Source: Bdellovibrionales bacterium
Lineage (GTDB): Bacteria > Bdellovibrionota > Bdellovibrionia > Bdellovibrionales > UBA840
DNA length: 27,846 nt
Reading direction: 5' to 3'
NCBI GenBank assembly: GCA_037969075.1
Contig: JBBKWS010000188.1
Span: 1-27,846 of the forward strand
Shown here one piece after another: positions 8,358-16,921 of this stretch. A model generated the notes under the pieces. It searched no databases and was not told the DNA's origin. It was given only the letters and a program-made list of their open reading frames with translations. Position numbers and translations under genes: made by a program. Every line of letters starts with the position of its first letter. Position 1 is the first letter of the stretch.

Positions 8358-9212
8358 TTATAATCCAAGCTTAGGCTGCAGTACTTTTTGCGTTGTTACA
8401 AAATGTAATTTAGCAACTTCTGATAATTTGGAAGCTCCGTGCTTTTTAACATATCTTTCTGCGGCAAGCTCTACTTCCATCGAAGCACCTTTTGGAAAAG
8501 CCTGTCCGTGTCTTTTCTCTAACGCCTCAATAGCTTTAACAAAATAGGCTCTAGCTAAAATGGACGCACAAGCAACAGCAGGGATTTCTTCAGCCCTAAA
8601 CTGTGTACTCACCTTAGCTTTTACATCCTTAAAATGGTTTGTGATCACTGAGGCGTTAGCCGCAAACTGATCAATCACTATGTGGTCAGCAGAATGCTTT
8701 TTAAGAAGACCCTTGATCGCATCGGCGTGTAGTTTCGCGAGTAGTATATTCAGGTTCTTATCCTGCTCGTAGATAAAATTATATTCAGATGGACTTAATG
8801 CGATCAACACATGTGGCAATTTTTTAAGATCCTCAGCAATTTCTAAAATCTTTTTATCCGTTAATTTTTTACTGTCTTTTGCGCCCGTCTTTTTAAAAAA
8901 TTCTTGTTTATTTTCAGCTAATAAAAAACTGCAAACTACAAGCGGGCCAAAATAGTCCCCTTTACCTGATTCATCGCTTCCAATGACGTTCCCTGCAAAT
9001 TTAGCCGACGTTGTGGCTTCTACAAATAAGCCCTCAATTTCTCGTTTTAGCTTTGAATCTTTACCCTGAATTAGCCACTTGCCGGAGGTATAAAAGTTGA
9101 AATTAACCGTATCCTGAAGTTTTTTTAGTATCCATTTTTCACCATAAGGAATGTCATCAACAGAGATAGTAATCTGATGGGCTAAACACCATTTTTTCAA
9201 TTTTTCTTTCAA
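8358..9212 (-). CDS. rnhC: Ribonuclease HIII
   Basis: GSDESGKGDYFGPLVV, DSKKL, IDQF and AVACASILAR catalytic motifs. N-terminal TBP-like domain motif YTSGKWLIQG. TTG start. Confidence 0.92.
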   Translation of the reverse strand: MKEKLKKWCLAHQITISVDDIPYGEKWILKKLQDTVNFNFYTSGKWLIQGKDSKLKREIEGLFVEATTSAKFAGNVIGSDESGKGDYFGPLVVCSFLLAENKQEFFKKTGAKDSKKLTDKKILEIAEDLKKLPHVLIALSPSEYNFIYEQDKNLNILLAKLHADAIKGLLKKHSADHIVIDQFAANASVITNHFKDVKAKVSTQFRAEEIPAVACASILARAYFVKAIEALEKRHGQAFPKGASMEVELAAERYVKKHGASKLSEVAKLHFVTTQKVLQPKLGL

Positions 9213-9240
9213 CTTTTCCCCTTCCCTGTTACAAATACTT

Positions 9241-10050
9241 ATGGCCCAGAAGAATAAGACTAATTTTAGTCCCTATAAGCAAAAAAACCAAGGAAAAGTA
9301 CAGTCAAAGAGTCGTGGGCACCTTAAAGCGGACACCATATATGATGAACAAGAAGCCAATGATAGGCTTTTTGATATATTTAAAAATCACGATTTTTCAC
9401 ATATAAGCCATGATGACAGGGCAAGTCTGGCCAAGTATTATGTTTTGTTAATGAGAGAGCAGAATAAGCAGAATCTTACCCGAATGCTTAACTTTAGAGA
9501 TATCGCTATAAAGCAATTCATTGATTGCGCCATTATAAATGACCTTATTAAACTAGAGTTTCCACTGATGGATATTGGTACCGGTCCTGGAATGCCAGGA
9601 ATTATTTTGAAAATATTAAATCCTGACAAACCCATTTACCTTGCTGAAGGGGTTCAAAAGCGTGTTAATTTTTTAAAAGATGTAAGGGACGAGATGAACT
9701 TACAACACTTAGGTATATTTGGAAGAAATATTGATCTTAGATTTGTTTATCCTATGCATGCTGTAATTACCAGAGCGGTTGAAGATGTCTCTAACACTCT
9801 AGAGAACATTAAACATAGTCTACAAACTGGCGGGGTGGCTTATTTTATGAAAGGTCCAAACGTAGATGAAGAATTACAGATGGCCCTTGATAAGCATAGT
9901 GAACACTATAATTTAGAAAAAAACATCACCTATTCTCTCCCAAAATCTACTCACGATCGCAGACTACTTGTATTTAGAAAAATTAAACCCCATCCTGAAG
10001 CTGACTTAAACAAACTTTTAGATATAGATTATGACAATGATGATGAATAA
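9241..10050 (+). CDS. rsmG: 16S rRNA m7G527 methyltransferase RsmG/GidB family
   Basis: NLTR, DIGTGPGMPGI SAM motif, KRVNFL, ITRAV, FMKG. Confidence 0.9.
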   Translation: MAQKNKTNFSPYKQKNQGKVQSKSRGHLKADTIYDEQEANDRLFDIFKNHDFSHISHDDRASLAKYYVLLMREQNKQNLTRMLNFRDIAIKQFIDCAIINDLIKLEFPLMDIGTGPGMPGIILKILNPDKPIYLAEGVQKRVNFLKDVRDEMNLQHLGIFGRNIDLRFVYPMHAVITRAVEDVSNTLENIKHSLQTGGVAYFMKGPNVDEELQMALDKHSEHYNLEKNITYSLPKSTHDRRLLVFRKIKPHPEADLNKLLDIDYDNDDE

Positions 10051-10792
10051 AATCGAACTCATTACTTCTTTAACAAATGCAAAATACAAATCTTGGCTTA
10101 GCCTCCTGCAAAGCAAAGGCATTAAAGATGAAGATAAATACCTACTCTCAGGCAAGACTGTCGTTTTAGATGCATTAAAAAATCATTCGGATCACATCGA
10201 CTGTATACTAACCTCAAAAGAAACCAGTATGTCTCTTGATGTCTACAGCCACATTACCCAGTTTCAATTAACATCCGAATTATTTAAAACAATTGATGCT
10301 TTTGGAACAAACTTTCCTGTTTTAGTATTAAAAACACCAAAAATCTTAGACTACGAGAAAATTCAACATAAGGGGATTACTGTATATATACCCGTTGGTG
10401 ACCCAAGTAATATGGGTGCTATCTTAAGATCTTGTAATGCTTTTGGCGTGACTGACATCGTACTTTTAAAAGAGGCAGCCAATCCCTTTCTACCTAAATC
10501 TGTGCGGGCTGCAAGTGGAAATTTATTTTCTATGCAGTTTTACTATGGACCTTCTATTCATGATTTAAAAAATGAAGCGCATAATATATATGCTCTCGAC
10601 GCTGGAGGAGAAAATATAAGAAACGTCAGCACCGCAAACAACCTTAGGCTTTTAGTTGGCGAAGAAGGGCCTGGAATTCCTGATTTTAACTTCAAGAAAT
10701 TATCTATACCTATTAATGAATCTTGCGAATCATTAAACGCCAGTGTTGCATTAGGCATAGCCTTGTATCAACTGACCAAGCAGACTAAGTGA
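10031..10792 (+). CDS. TrmH/SpoU family RNA 2'-O-methyltransferase
   Basis: DPSNMGAILRS, VGEEGPGI and ESLNASVALGI SPOUT motifs. Start may be 10031-10043. Confidence 0.9.
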   Translation: MTMMMNKIELITSLTNAKYKSWLSLLQSKGIKDEDKYLLSGKTVVLDALKNHSDHIDCILTSKETSMSLDVYSHITQFQLTSELFKTIDAFGTNFPVLVLKTPKILDYEKIQHKGITVYIPVGDPSNMGAILRSCNAFGVTDIVLLKEAANPFLPKSVRAASGNLFSMQFYYGPSIHDLKNEAHNIYALDAGGENIRNVSTANNLRLLVGEEGPGIPDFNFKKLSIPINESCESLNASVALGIALYQLTKQTK

Positions 10793-11951
10793 TCCCTTTT
10801 TTTAAAGTAAATTTAAATAATATACTACCTACAACCCCAGATAAAATCGATGCAGTCATAATCCCAACCTTAGCATATACATCTAACTCAGTAGGTAGAG
10901 CTAGGCTGGAGATAAAGAGCGACATCGTAAAACCGATCCCGGCAAAACAGCCGACGGCAAATATCTGTGGCCATTTTAGATCTTGTGGCAATGTTGCTAA
11001 ATTAAACCTATAAGCTAAAGCACTAAACAACAATACACCCAGCGGCTTACCTATAAATAAACCACAAACGATACCGATATGCACAGGGTGACTAACAATA
11101 GAAATCAAATCGACTCCTCGCAAATTAACTCCTGAATTGGCCAATGCAAAAATAGGCATGATGGCAAAGCCTGTCCAAGGATGAAGCTTGGTAAGTAGAT
11201 CTTCAATTGGAGAAAAATTATTATTAGATCCTTTTTGCACAGGGTATTTTAGTGGCGTTAAAAGACCTAATAGCACTCCAGCAACTGTTGCGTGTACACC
11301 AGAATATAAAAAACCTAGCCATACTACGCTCCCAATAATAGTATACGTAATAAAAGACCGAACTCCTGCGTAGCGAAAAAGCATAGCAACGCCTATAGCA
11401 CCCGCCGCAATACCTAGCCCCGCTCCTCTGATTTCGCTCGTATAAAAGAACGCAATAACTAAAATAGCACCTAGGTCATCGACAATAGCAATGGCTAATA
11501 AAAAAACTTTTAAACTGGTTGGCACTCTTTTTCCAAAAAGCGTTAGCAGACCTATAGCAAAAGCTATATCGGTGGCCATTGGCACTCCCCAGCCTTTTAT
11601 TCCCACCGGGTCACTATAATTAAATATAGCATATAGAGCTGCGGGAATCACCATCCCACCGATCGCTGCAGCCACTGGGAGGGCTGCTTTCTTTGGGGAG
11701 CTTAAATGTCCGACTAATAGCTCTTTTTTAATCTCTAAACCAACATAAAAAAAGAAGATAGCCATAAGGCCGTCATTAACCCAAAGCTGTAAACTTAAAC
11801 CCAGAATATTGGTTTGCAAAACACTATTATAAAAAACAGACAGCGGTGAATTAGCTATTAGTAAGGCCACAACCGCACTAAATAATAGTAAAATTCCTGG
11901 TGCTATTTCTGAATGTAAAAATGAATGAATTTTATTTCCAGTGTTTATCAT
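10785..11951 (-). CDS. nhaA: Na+/H+ antiporter NhaA
   Basis: WVNDGLMAIFFF.VGLEIKKE, GWGVPMATDIAFA, AIVDDLGAI, GKPLG, GIGFTMSLFI. Confidence 0.96.
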   Translation of the reverse strand: MINTGNKIHSFLHSEIAPGILLLFSAVVALLIANSPLSVFYNSVLQTNILGLSLQLWVNDGLMAIFFFYVGLEIKKELLVGHLSSPKKAALPVAAAIGGMVIPAALYAIFNYSDPVGIKGWGVPMATDIAFAIGLLTLFGKRVPTSLKVFLLAIAIVDDLGAILVIAFFYTSEIRGAGLGIAAGAIGVAMLFRYAGVRSFITYTIIGSVVWLGFLYSGVHATVAGVLLGLLTPLKYPVQKGSNNNFSPIEDLLTKLHPWTGFAIMPIFALANSGVNLRGVDLISIVSHPVHIGIVCGLFIGKPLGVLLFSALAYRFNLATLPQDLKWPQIFAVGCFAGIGFTMSLFISSLALPTELDVYAKVGIMTASILSGVVGSILFKFTLKKGIT

Positions 11952-11954
11952 AGT

Positions 11955-12857
11955 CTAACCAAGCCTAGAGTTTGTTAAGCGCTCAATCCTGTCATCTAAA
12001 TCAGGGTGAGTAGAGAAAAGCTTAGAAAATCTAGACGCTTTTCCTGAGATCTTAAAACTAGCCAATGCAGGCTGGTCATCTTCTTGTGAGAGATCAATTC
12101 TGCTATTTACTTTTAATTTAGTTAATGCAGCTAGCATTTTTTCTTTACCAGCATACTTCGCACCCCCTAAATCGGCTCTAAACTCACGTTTTCTAGAAAA
12201 TGCAGAGACAACAAGCATGCCTAACATGCCTAATAGTATTTCTAAAGCAATTATTACTGCGAACTGAACAATAAAGCGTTTGTTCTCATCAACAAATTGT
12301 CCAACAATATTTGCAAGAATCCGCGCTAAAAACATAACAAACACATTAATTACACCTTGTATAAGTGTCATCGTAACCATATCACCGTTAGCAATATGGG
12401 CTACTTCATGAGCTAAAACACCTTCAGTTTCAGCATCATTCATTCTATCTAAGAGCCCCGTAGAAACCGCAACCAGTGATCTACTTCTAGATGGACCAGT
12501 AGCAAAGGCATTTACATCTGGACTGTCGTATACGCCTACTTCAGGCATAACTGTTAACCCTGCGCGCTTAGAATATTCGTGTACGCGTAAAACTATAGAC
12601 TGTAGACGAGAGTCACGTGTACTTTGATCAATAAGTTTTACACCCATCATCCATTTAGCCATTTTTCTAGATAAGGCTAATGAAATAAAAGCACCACCAA
12701 AGCCCCAAATCGTACAAAAAACTAATAAGGACGTATAGTTAATGCCCTTAGCATCCAAGTAAGGCTGGATACCTAGAACTGACGTAACTATAGATAGTGT
12801 AGCAATAATTAAAATATTTACTGCCATAAATAAAAAAATTCTTTTTCCATTTTTCAT
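11955..12857 (-). CDS. htpX: Membrane zinc metalloprotease HtpX (M48)
   Basis: NAFATG, GVLAHEVAHIANGDMVTMTLIQGV, SRKREFRAD, FSTHP. Confidence 0.95.
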   Translation of the reverse strand: MKNGKRIFLFMAVNILIIATLSIVTSVLGIQPYLDAKGINYTSLLVFCTIWGFGGAFISLALSRKMAKWMMGVKLIDQSTRDSRLQSIVLRVHEYSKRAGLTVMPEVGVYDSPDVNAFATGPSRSRSLVAVSTGLLDRMNDAETEGVLAHEVAHIANGDMVTMTLIQGVINVFVMFLARILANIVGQFVDENKRFIVQFAVIIALEILLGMLGMLVVSAFSRKREFRADLGGAKYAGKEKMLAALTKLKVNSRIDLSQEDDQPALASFKISGKASRFSKLFSTHPDLDDRIERLTNSRLG

Positions 12858-12867
12858 AAAGTAACTC

Positions 12868-13884
12868 CTACTTATTTTTTATATTTTTATTGTATGTATT
12901 AATATATAGGGAAGCAATCACAGAACCACCAATTAACATGGCAATTATACTTAACGACCAAGTAATTGGGAATTTACCACCAAAAGCATTATTTAAATAA
13001 ACCATTTTTAAACCAACAAAAACTAAGACAGCCGCTAGACCGTATTTAATATAAATAAATTTATCCATTACACCAGATAGCATAAAATACATGCTTCTAA
13101 GCCCTAATAAAGCAAAAATATTAGAAGTAAAAACGATAAGTGGTTCATTAGTTAAGGCAAAAATAGCAGGAACTGAATCAATAGCAAATATAATGTCTGT
13201 AAACTCTAAAAAAAGTAAAGCCACAAAAAGTGGGGTTACATACAGAAGACCTTCTTTTCGAAAAAAGAATTTTTGTCCTTCTATCTTAGGATGAACTCTA
13301 AGCACTTTATTAAGACCTCTGATAATATAGCTATCATTTAAGTCTTTACTCTCTTTACCTACAAAAAACATTTTTATACCAGTTGCCATTAATAGAATGC
13401 CAAAAAATATAATTATCCAATCATACTGCATTAAGTAAGAGCCCATCGATATAAAAATAGCTCTAAAAAATAAGGCACCTAAGATTCCCCAAAATAAAAC
13501 TCTATGTTGATACATCTTAGGTATAGAAAAATAAGAAAACACAACAGCAAATATAAATATATTGTCAATTGCCAAGGCCTTTTCGACTACAAATCCTGTT
13601 AAAAACTCAAGAGCAATTGTTCTGGCCTGAATATCTGGGTTGAAGCCAGGTATTAATGAGTAAATATCGTTAGTAGAAAATTCCCATTTTGCATAATGAT
13701 AAAATAAGTAGTTAAAAATAAGTCCTAAGCTGATCCACACTGTGGTCCAAATAGAGGCCTCTTTAAATGAGACTTCATGCGCTTTTTTATGAAAAACACC
13801 AAGATCTAATGCCAGTAAAATTAAAATAAACGCTGTAAAACCTAGGTAAAACCACCAATAGTCTGCAAACTGAAAAAACACCAT
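12868..13884 (-). CDS. TerC/Alx family membrane protein
   Basis: LALDLGVFHK, EKALAIDNIFIF, QHRVLFWGILGA, DIIFAIDSVPAIFA, SNIFALLGLRSMYF. AGGAG RBS. Confidence 0.94.
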   Translation of the reverse strand: MVFFQFADYWWFYLGFTAFILILLALDLGVFHKKAHEVSFKEASIWTTVWISLGLIFNYLFYHYAKWEFSTNDIYSLIPGFNPDIQARTIALEFLTGFVVEKALAIDNIFIFAVVFSYFSIPKMYQHRVLFWGILGALFFRAIFISMGSYLMQYDWIIIFFGILLMATGIKMFFVGKESKDLNDSYIIRGLNKVLRVHPKIEGQKFFFRKEGLLYVTPLFVALLFLEFTDIIFAIDSVPAIFALTNEPLIVFTSNIFALLGLRSMYFMLSGVMDKFIYIKYGLAAVLVFVGLKMVYLNNAFGGKFPITWSLSIIAMLIGGSVIASLYINTYNKNIKNK

Positions 13885-13955
13885 TAACTAACTCCTAGTT
13901 AAACCATCATCATATATATTTATACATTTATCAAATCTATAAATATGTTGTCTTG

Positions 13956-13972
13956 TATCGCTTATTGCGATA
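13956..13972. promoter_or_regulatory. LysR recognition box (T-N11-A dyad)
   Basis: TATCGC-TTATT-GCGATA palindrome between the divergent terC and LysR genes. Confidence 0.65.
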
Positions 13973-13999
13973 TTATGGACATGCAAAAAGGAGCATTGT

Positions 14000-14887
14000 A
14001 TGGCAGCACCCTGGATCAATTACCATCATTTATTTTACTTTAAAACAATAGCTGAAGAAGGTAGTGTTTCTAAGGCAGCCCAAAAACTTCGCCTAGGGCA
14101 ACCAACGTTAAGCGCACAATTGAAACAGTTTGAAGATATAATTGGAATACAATTGTTTGAGAGAAAACATAAAAAATTATTAATCACTGAACAAGGAAAA
14201 ATTGCTCTAGATTATGCAAAAAATATTTTTAAAATGGGTTCTGAGATGTACGAAGTACTCCATGATAGAATCAAACCTTTAAAACCATCAATACATCTTG
14301 GTGCGCTTGATAGCGTACCAAAACAAATAATCTTGCAGTTAGTTAAGTCTGCACTACAGATTACAAATTGCCAAATTACTTTGTCAGAAGGAAAGTCTGA
14401 TGAGTTAATTAGAGATCTAACTGCTCACAAGGTGGATTTAGTTATTTCAAATTTTTTGCCGATAGGCCCAGAGGCAAAAGGTATACAACACAGGTTGATC
14501 ACAAAAAAGCACGTTAGCTTTTATGCTAATCCTAAATTTAAAGCTTTACGTAAAGGCTTCCCAAATTCAATAGTAGGACAACCAATTATATTGCCTACAT
14601 ATGACAGCAAGCTAAGGTACGATATTGATCATTGGGCTAAGGTAAATAGTATTGATCTAAATATTATAACCGAGAGCCAGGATATAAGTGTAAAGAAAAT
14701 GATGGCAACTAGCTCACTGGGCTTGGTTCCTACAGCAGCTCACACGGTTACTAAGCAAGTACTGTCTGGTGAGCTTATAGAAATCGGCCCATTAAAAGGC
14801 GTATATGAAGAATTATTCTTATTATCAGTTAAAAGAAAAATTCCTAACGACATATCATTACAGTTAATTGATAAATTCAAAGTATAG
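14000..14887 (+). CDS. nhaR: LysR-type transcriptional regulator, NhaR-like
   Basis: INYHHLFYF...GSVSKAA..L...QPTLSAQLK HTH typical of the NhaR subfamily. DSVPK. Divergent from an nhaA-containing operon. Confidence 0.8.
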   Translation: MAAPWINYHHLFYFKTIAEEGSVSKAAQKLRLGQPTLSAQLKQFEDIIGIQLFERKHKKLLITEQGKIALDYAKNIFKMGSEMYEVLHDRIKPLKPSIHLGALDSVPKQIILQLVKSALQITNCQITLSEGKSDELIRDLTAHKVDLVISNFLPIGPEAKGIQHRLITKKHVSFYANPKFKALRKGFPNSIVGQPIILPTYDSKLRYDIDHWAKVNSIDLNIITESQDISVKKMMATSSLGLVPTAAHTVTKQVLSGELIEIGPLKGVYEELFLLSVKRKIPNDISLQLIDKFKV

Positions 14888-14999
14888 ATTTAAGCAATAC
14901 TAATAACATTATTTATCTATTTTATAAAATCATATGATTATGTAAAATAATAGATAAGTAAGCAAATGAATGCTTACCCTAATAACAGGAGTTATTATA

Positions 15000-16103
15000 A
15001 TGATCTATTCAAAGTTAGGATCTTTAAAATCTATTCTACTTTCTAGTAAAGGCATACACATGACTGCCTATATTAAAAATACTAGCGACTTAGCAGACAC
15101 TAGACTACAAATTATAGACTCAATTCAAGTAGCAAAAGAATATCTAACACCTGTTCAGTCTAGCGATGAGATAGAAGCTTTTTTAGAACCTGTATACAAG
15201 CTACTAGATAACACTTCTTTGTTAAAACATTTCAATGACAATATTGGAATATTTAGAAGCTCGAACAGTTTTAGAGTGATAAACTTACCAATTTCTCTTG
15301 AGCATATGTGTGTCATTGCAGACTCATACCATATAAAACCTTTATTAAAATGGGTTCAAAGTGATCAAGACTTTTTTATTCTAGGTATTTCAAATAAGCT
15401 AGCCAGCTTATATCAAGGTAGTAAAACTTCAATCCGCTTGATTGATAGTATCGAATTCAATCAACTAAAAAATCAAAAAATGACTACTAGCCTAAAAACT
15501 GAAGCGATTTACGAGTGGATCAATGAGTTGTTATTTAGTCTTACTAAACAGGTATCGATACCTTTATATTTAGCAGGAGATAAAAAAATAACAGATTCAT
15601 TATTTAAAAAAATAAAATATCCATTAACTTGCAGAAAGTCTTTATTTAGCAATTTCGATGAAGACATCCTCCCAGATATTATAGCATCCGCACGTAATTC
15701 TATTGAAGATGATGCAAAAAGAAAGCTAGATACGGCTTTTATTGAGTTTTATTTAGCAGAAGATTCAAAGCTTGCGCAAAAAAACTTATTTCAAATTTCA
15801 AAAGCAGCTGTTAAAGGCCGAATCAAAAAACTAATTGTTGCAGATGGGGTACAAATTTTTGGTAAAATAGACAGGGTTACAGGCGGACTTTTGATACACC
15901 CGACGGATTTAGATCATGAAGATGATGATATATTAGATGATTTAGCTCAGACTGTTTTAGCAAATGGAGGTGATGTAATTGTTGCAGATCACAGTAAAAT
16001 TCCTAAAGGTAGAATGATCTTAGCAATACTAAAGGATGGTGAAGAGTCCCCTGCAAAAGAAATCTCCTTACATTTTAATAACTTTTATGAGGCAACTGTA
16101 TGA
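15000..16103 (+). CDS. Bacterial archaeo-eukaryotic release factor 1-like protein (baeRF3/7-like; candidate Balon-type ribosome hibernation factor)
   Basis: GIFRS, YHIKPLL....FFILGIS, PLYLAG, I.KAA..GRI..L.V and DDILDDLAQTVLANGGDV motifs; no GGQ. AGGAG RBS at 14987-14991 favours ATG 15000 over 14970. Confidence 0.75.
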   Translation: MIYSKLGSLKSILLSSKGIHMTAYIKNTSDLADTRLQIIDSIQVAKEYLTPVQSSDEIEAFLEPVYKLLDNTSLLKHFNDNIGIFRSSNSFRVINLPISLEHMCVIADSYHIKPLLKWVQSDQDFFILGISNKLASLYQGSKTSIRLIDSIEFNQLKNQKMTTSLKTEAIYEWINELLFSLTKQVSIPLYLAGDKKITDSLFKKIKYPLTCRKSLFSNFDEDILPDIIASARNSIEDDAKRKLDTAFIEFYLAEDSKLAQKNLFQISKAAVKGRIKKLIVADGVQIFGKIDRVTGGLLIHPTDLDHEDDDILDDLAQTVLANGGDVIVADHSKIPKGRMILAILKDGEESPAKEISLHFNNFYEATV

Positions 16104-16537
16104 AAAATAACCTTATTAATACGTTGATACAAATGACAAAGAAACATAATAGCGTTAAGATGAAAACTAAAGTTTTATTAGTGACGGCCATACTAACAGT
16201 TGCATTTCTTACAGTAGCATCAGTTATATGGACTGGCTATACTGCTGTTAAGTATGTTGCAAGTATCAACGTAACTAATCCAATTAACAATATTTCCGCT
16301 ACTGCAAGTCATGTTTCAACCGAGTTATCGAATAGGACAATGATAGATTTTAAGTCCTGTTTTACAAAAACAAAAGATATTGTAAATACTTCTACCTGGA
16401 AAACTGTGCCCATTGTTGAGATTTATGAGGACATAAAAGCTTCGTGCATAAGACCTAAAAAGCAAAACGACAATACTACAAATAAAAAACTAAACAGCAA
16501 AAACGGAAGGATGTTTTATGATCAATATTATATTTAA
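16100..16537 (+). CDS. Hypothetical single-pass membrane protein
   Basis: ATGA overlap with the upstream gene. One hydrophobic helix (VLLVTAILTVAFLTVASVIW). Two Cys in the C-terminal region. Confidence 0.65.
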   Translation: MKNNLINTLIQMTKKHNSVKMKTKVLLVTAILTVAFLTVASVIWTGYTAVKYVASINVTNPINNISATASHVSTELSNRTMIDFKSCFTKTKDIVNTSTWKTVPIVEIYEDIKASCIRPKKQNDNTTNKKLNSKNGRMFYDQYYI

Positions 16538-16877
16538 AAACCTTGATAGTTCAGAGCTAGCAAAAGATATTACTCATGAAAAAATTTCTGAGATAATACA
16601 CAAGTTTCCGAAACTTAGGAGGTGTTCGATTACTGTAACATTAAGTATGGACAACTCTCCTACTCAAGGCGGAGCAGATATTTTCTCTGTTATGTTTAGG
16701 TGCACAAGTGGCCCCTACAAAGGGATCATACTTACAAAGTCTGCAATCAGTCTTTATGTAGCATTAAGCGAAGTCAGTGAGCATCTCTTAGAAAGGCTAA
16801 ATAGGTTTGGAGATAAAAATCGAGTAAAGAAAATTAAGCAAGCAAGGTTATTACAAAAAAGAGTTCTTGCTATATAA
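16518..16877 (+). CDS. HPF/RaiA (S30AE) family ribosome-associated protein
   Basis: INIIFKNLDSSE N-terminus, beta-alpha-beta3-alpha pattern, SLYVAL..V.E.L.ERL helix with basic tail. AGGA RBS. Confidence 0.75.
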   Translation: MINIIFKNLDSSELAKDITHEKISEIIHKFPKLRRCSITVTLSMDNSPTQGGADIFSVMFRCTSGPYKGIILTKSAISLYVALSEVSEHLLERLNRFGDKNRVKKIKQARLLQKRVLAI

Positions 16878-16882
16878 TCAAC

Positions 16883-16913
16883 AACATCGACTCAACAATC
16901 TTGAGTCGATGTT
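16883..16913. terminator. Probable bidirectional terminator
   Basis: Perfect 13-bp stem AACATCGACTCAA-CAATC-TTGAGTCGATGTT between convergent genes. Confidence 0.8.
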
Positions 16914-16921
16914 TAACCTAA

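Noticed and set aside
13885..13999. yybP-ykoY Mn riboswitch upstream of alx/terC
   Set aside because: The spacer is short and very AT-rich with no multi-helix structure; a LysR box explains it better.
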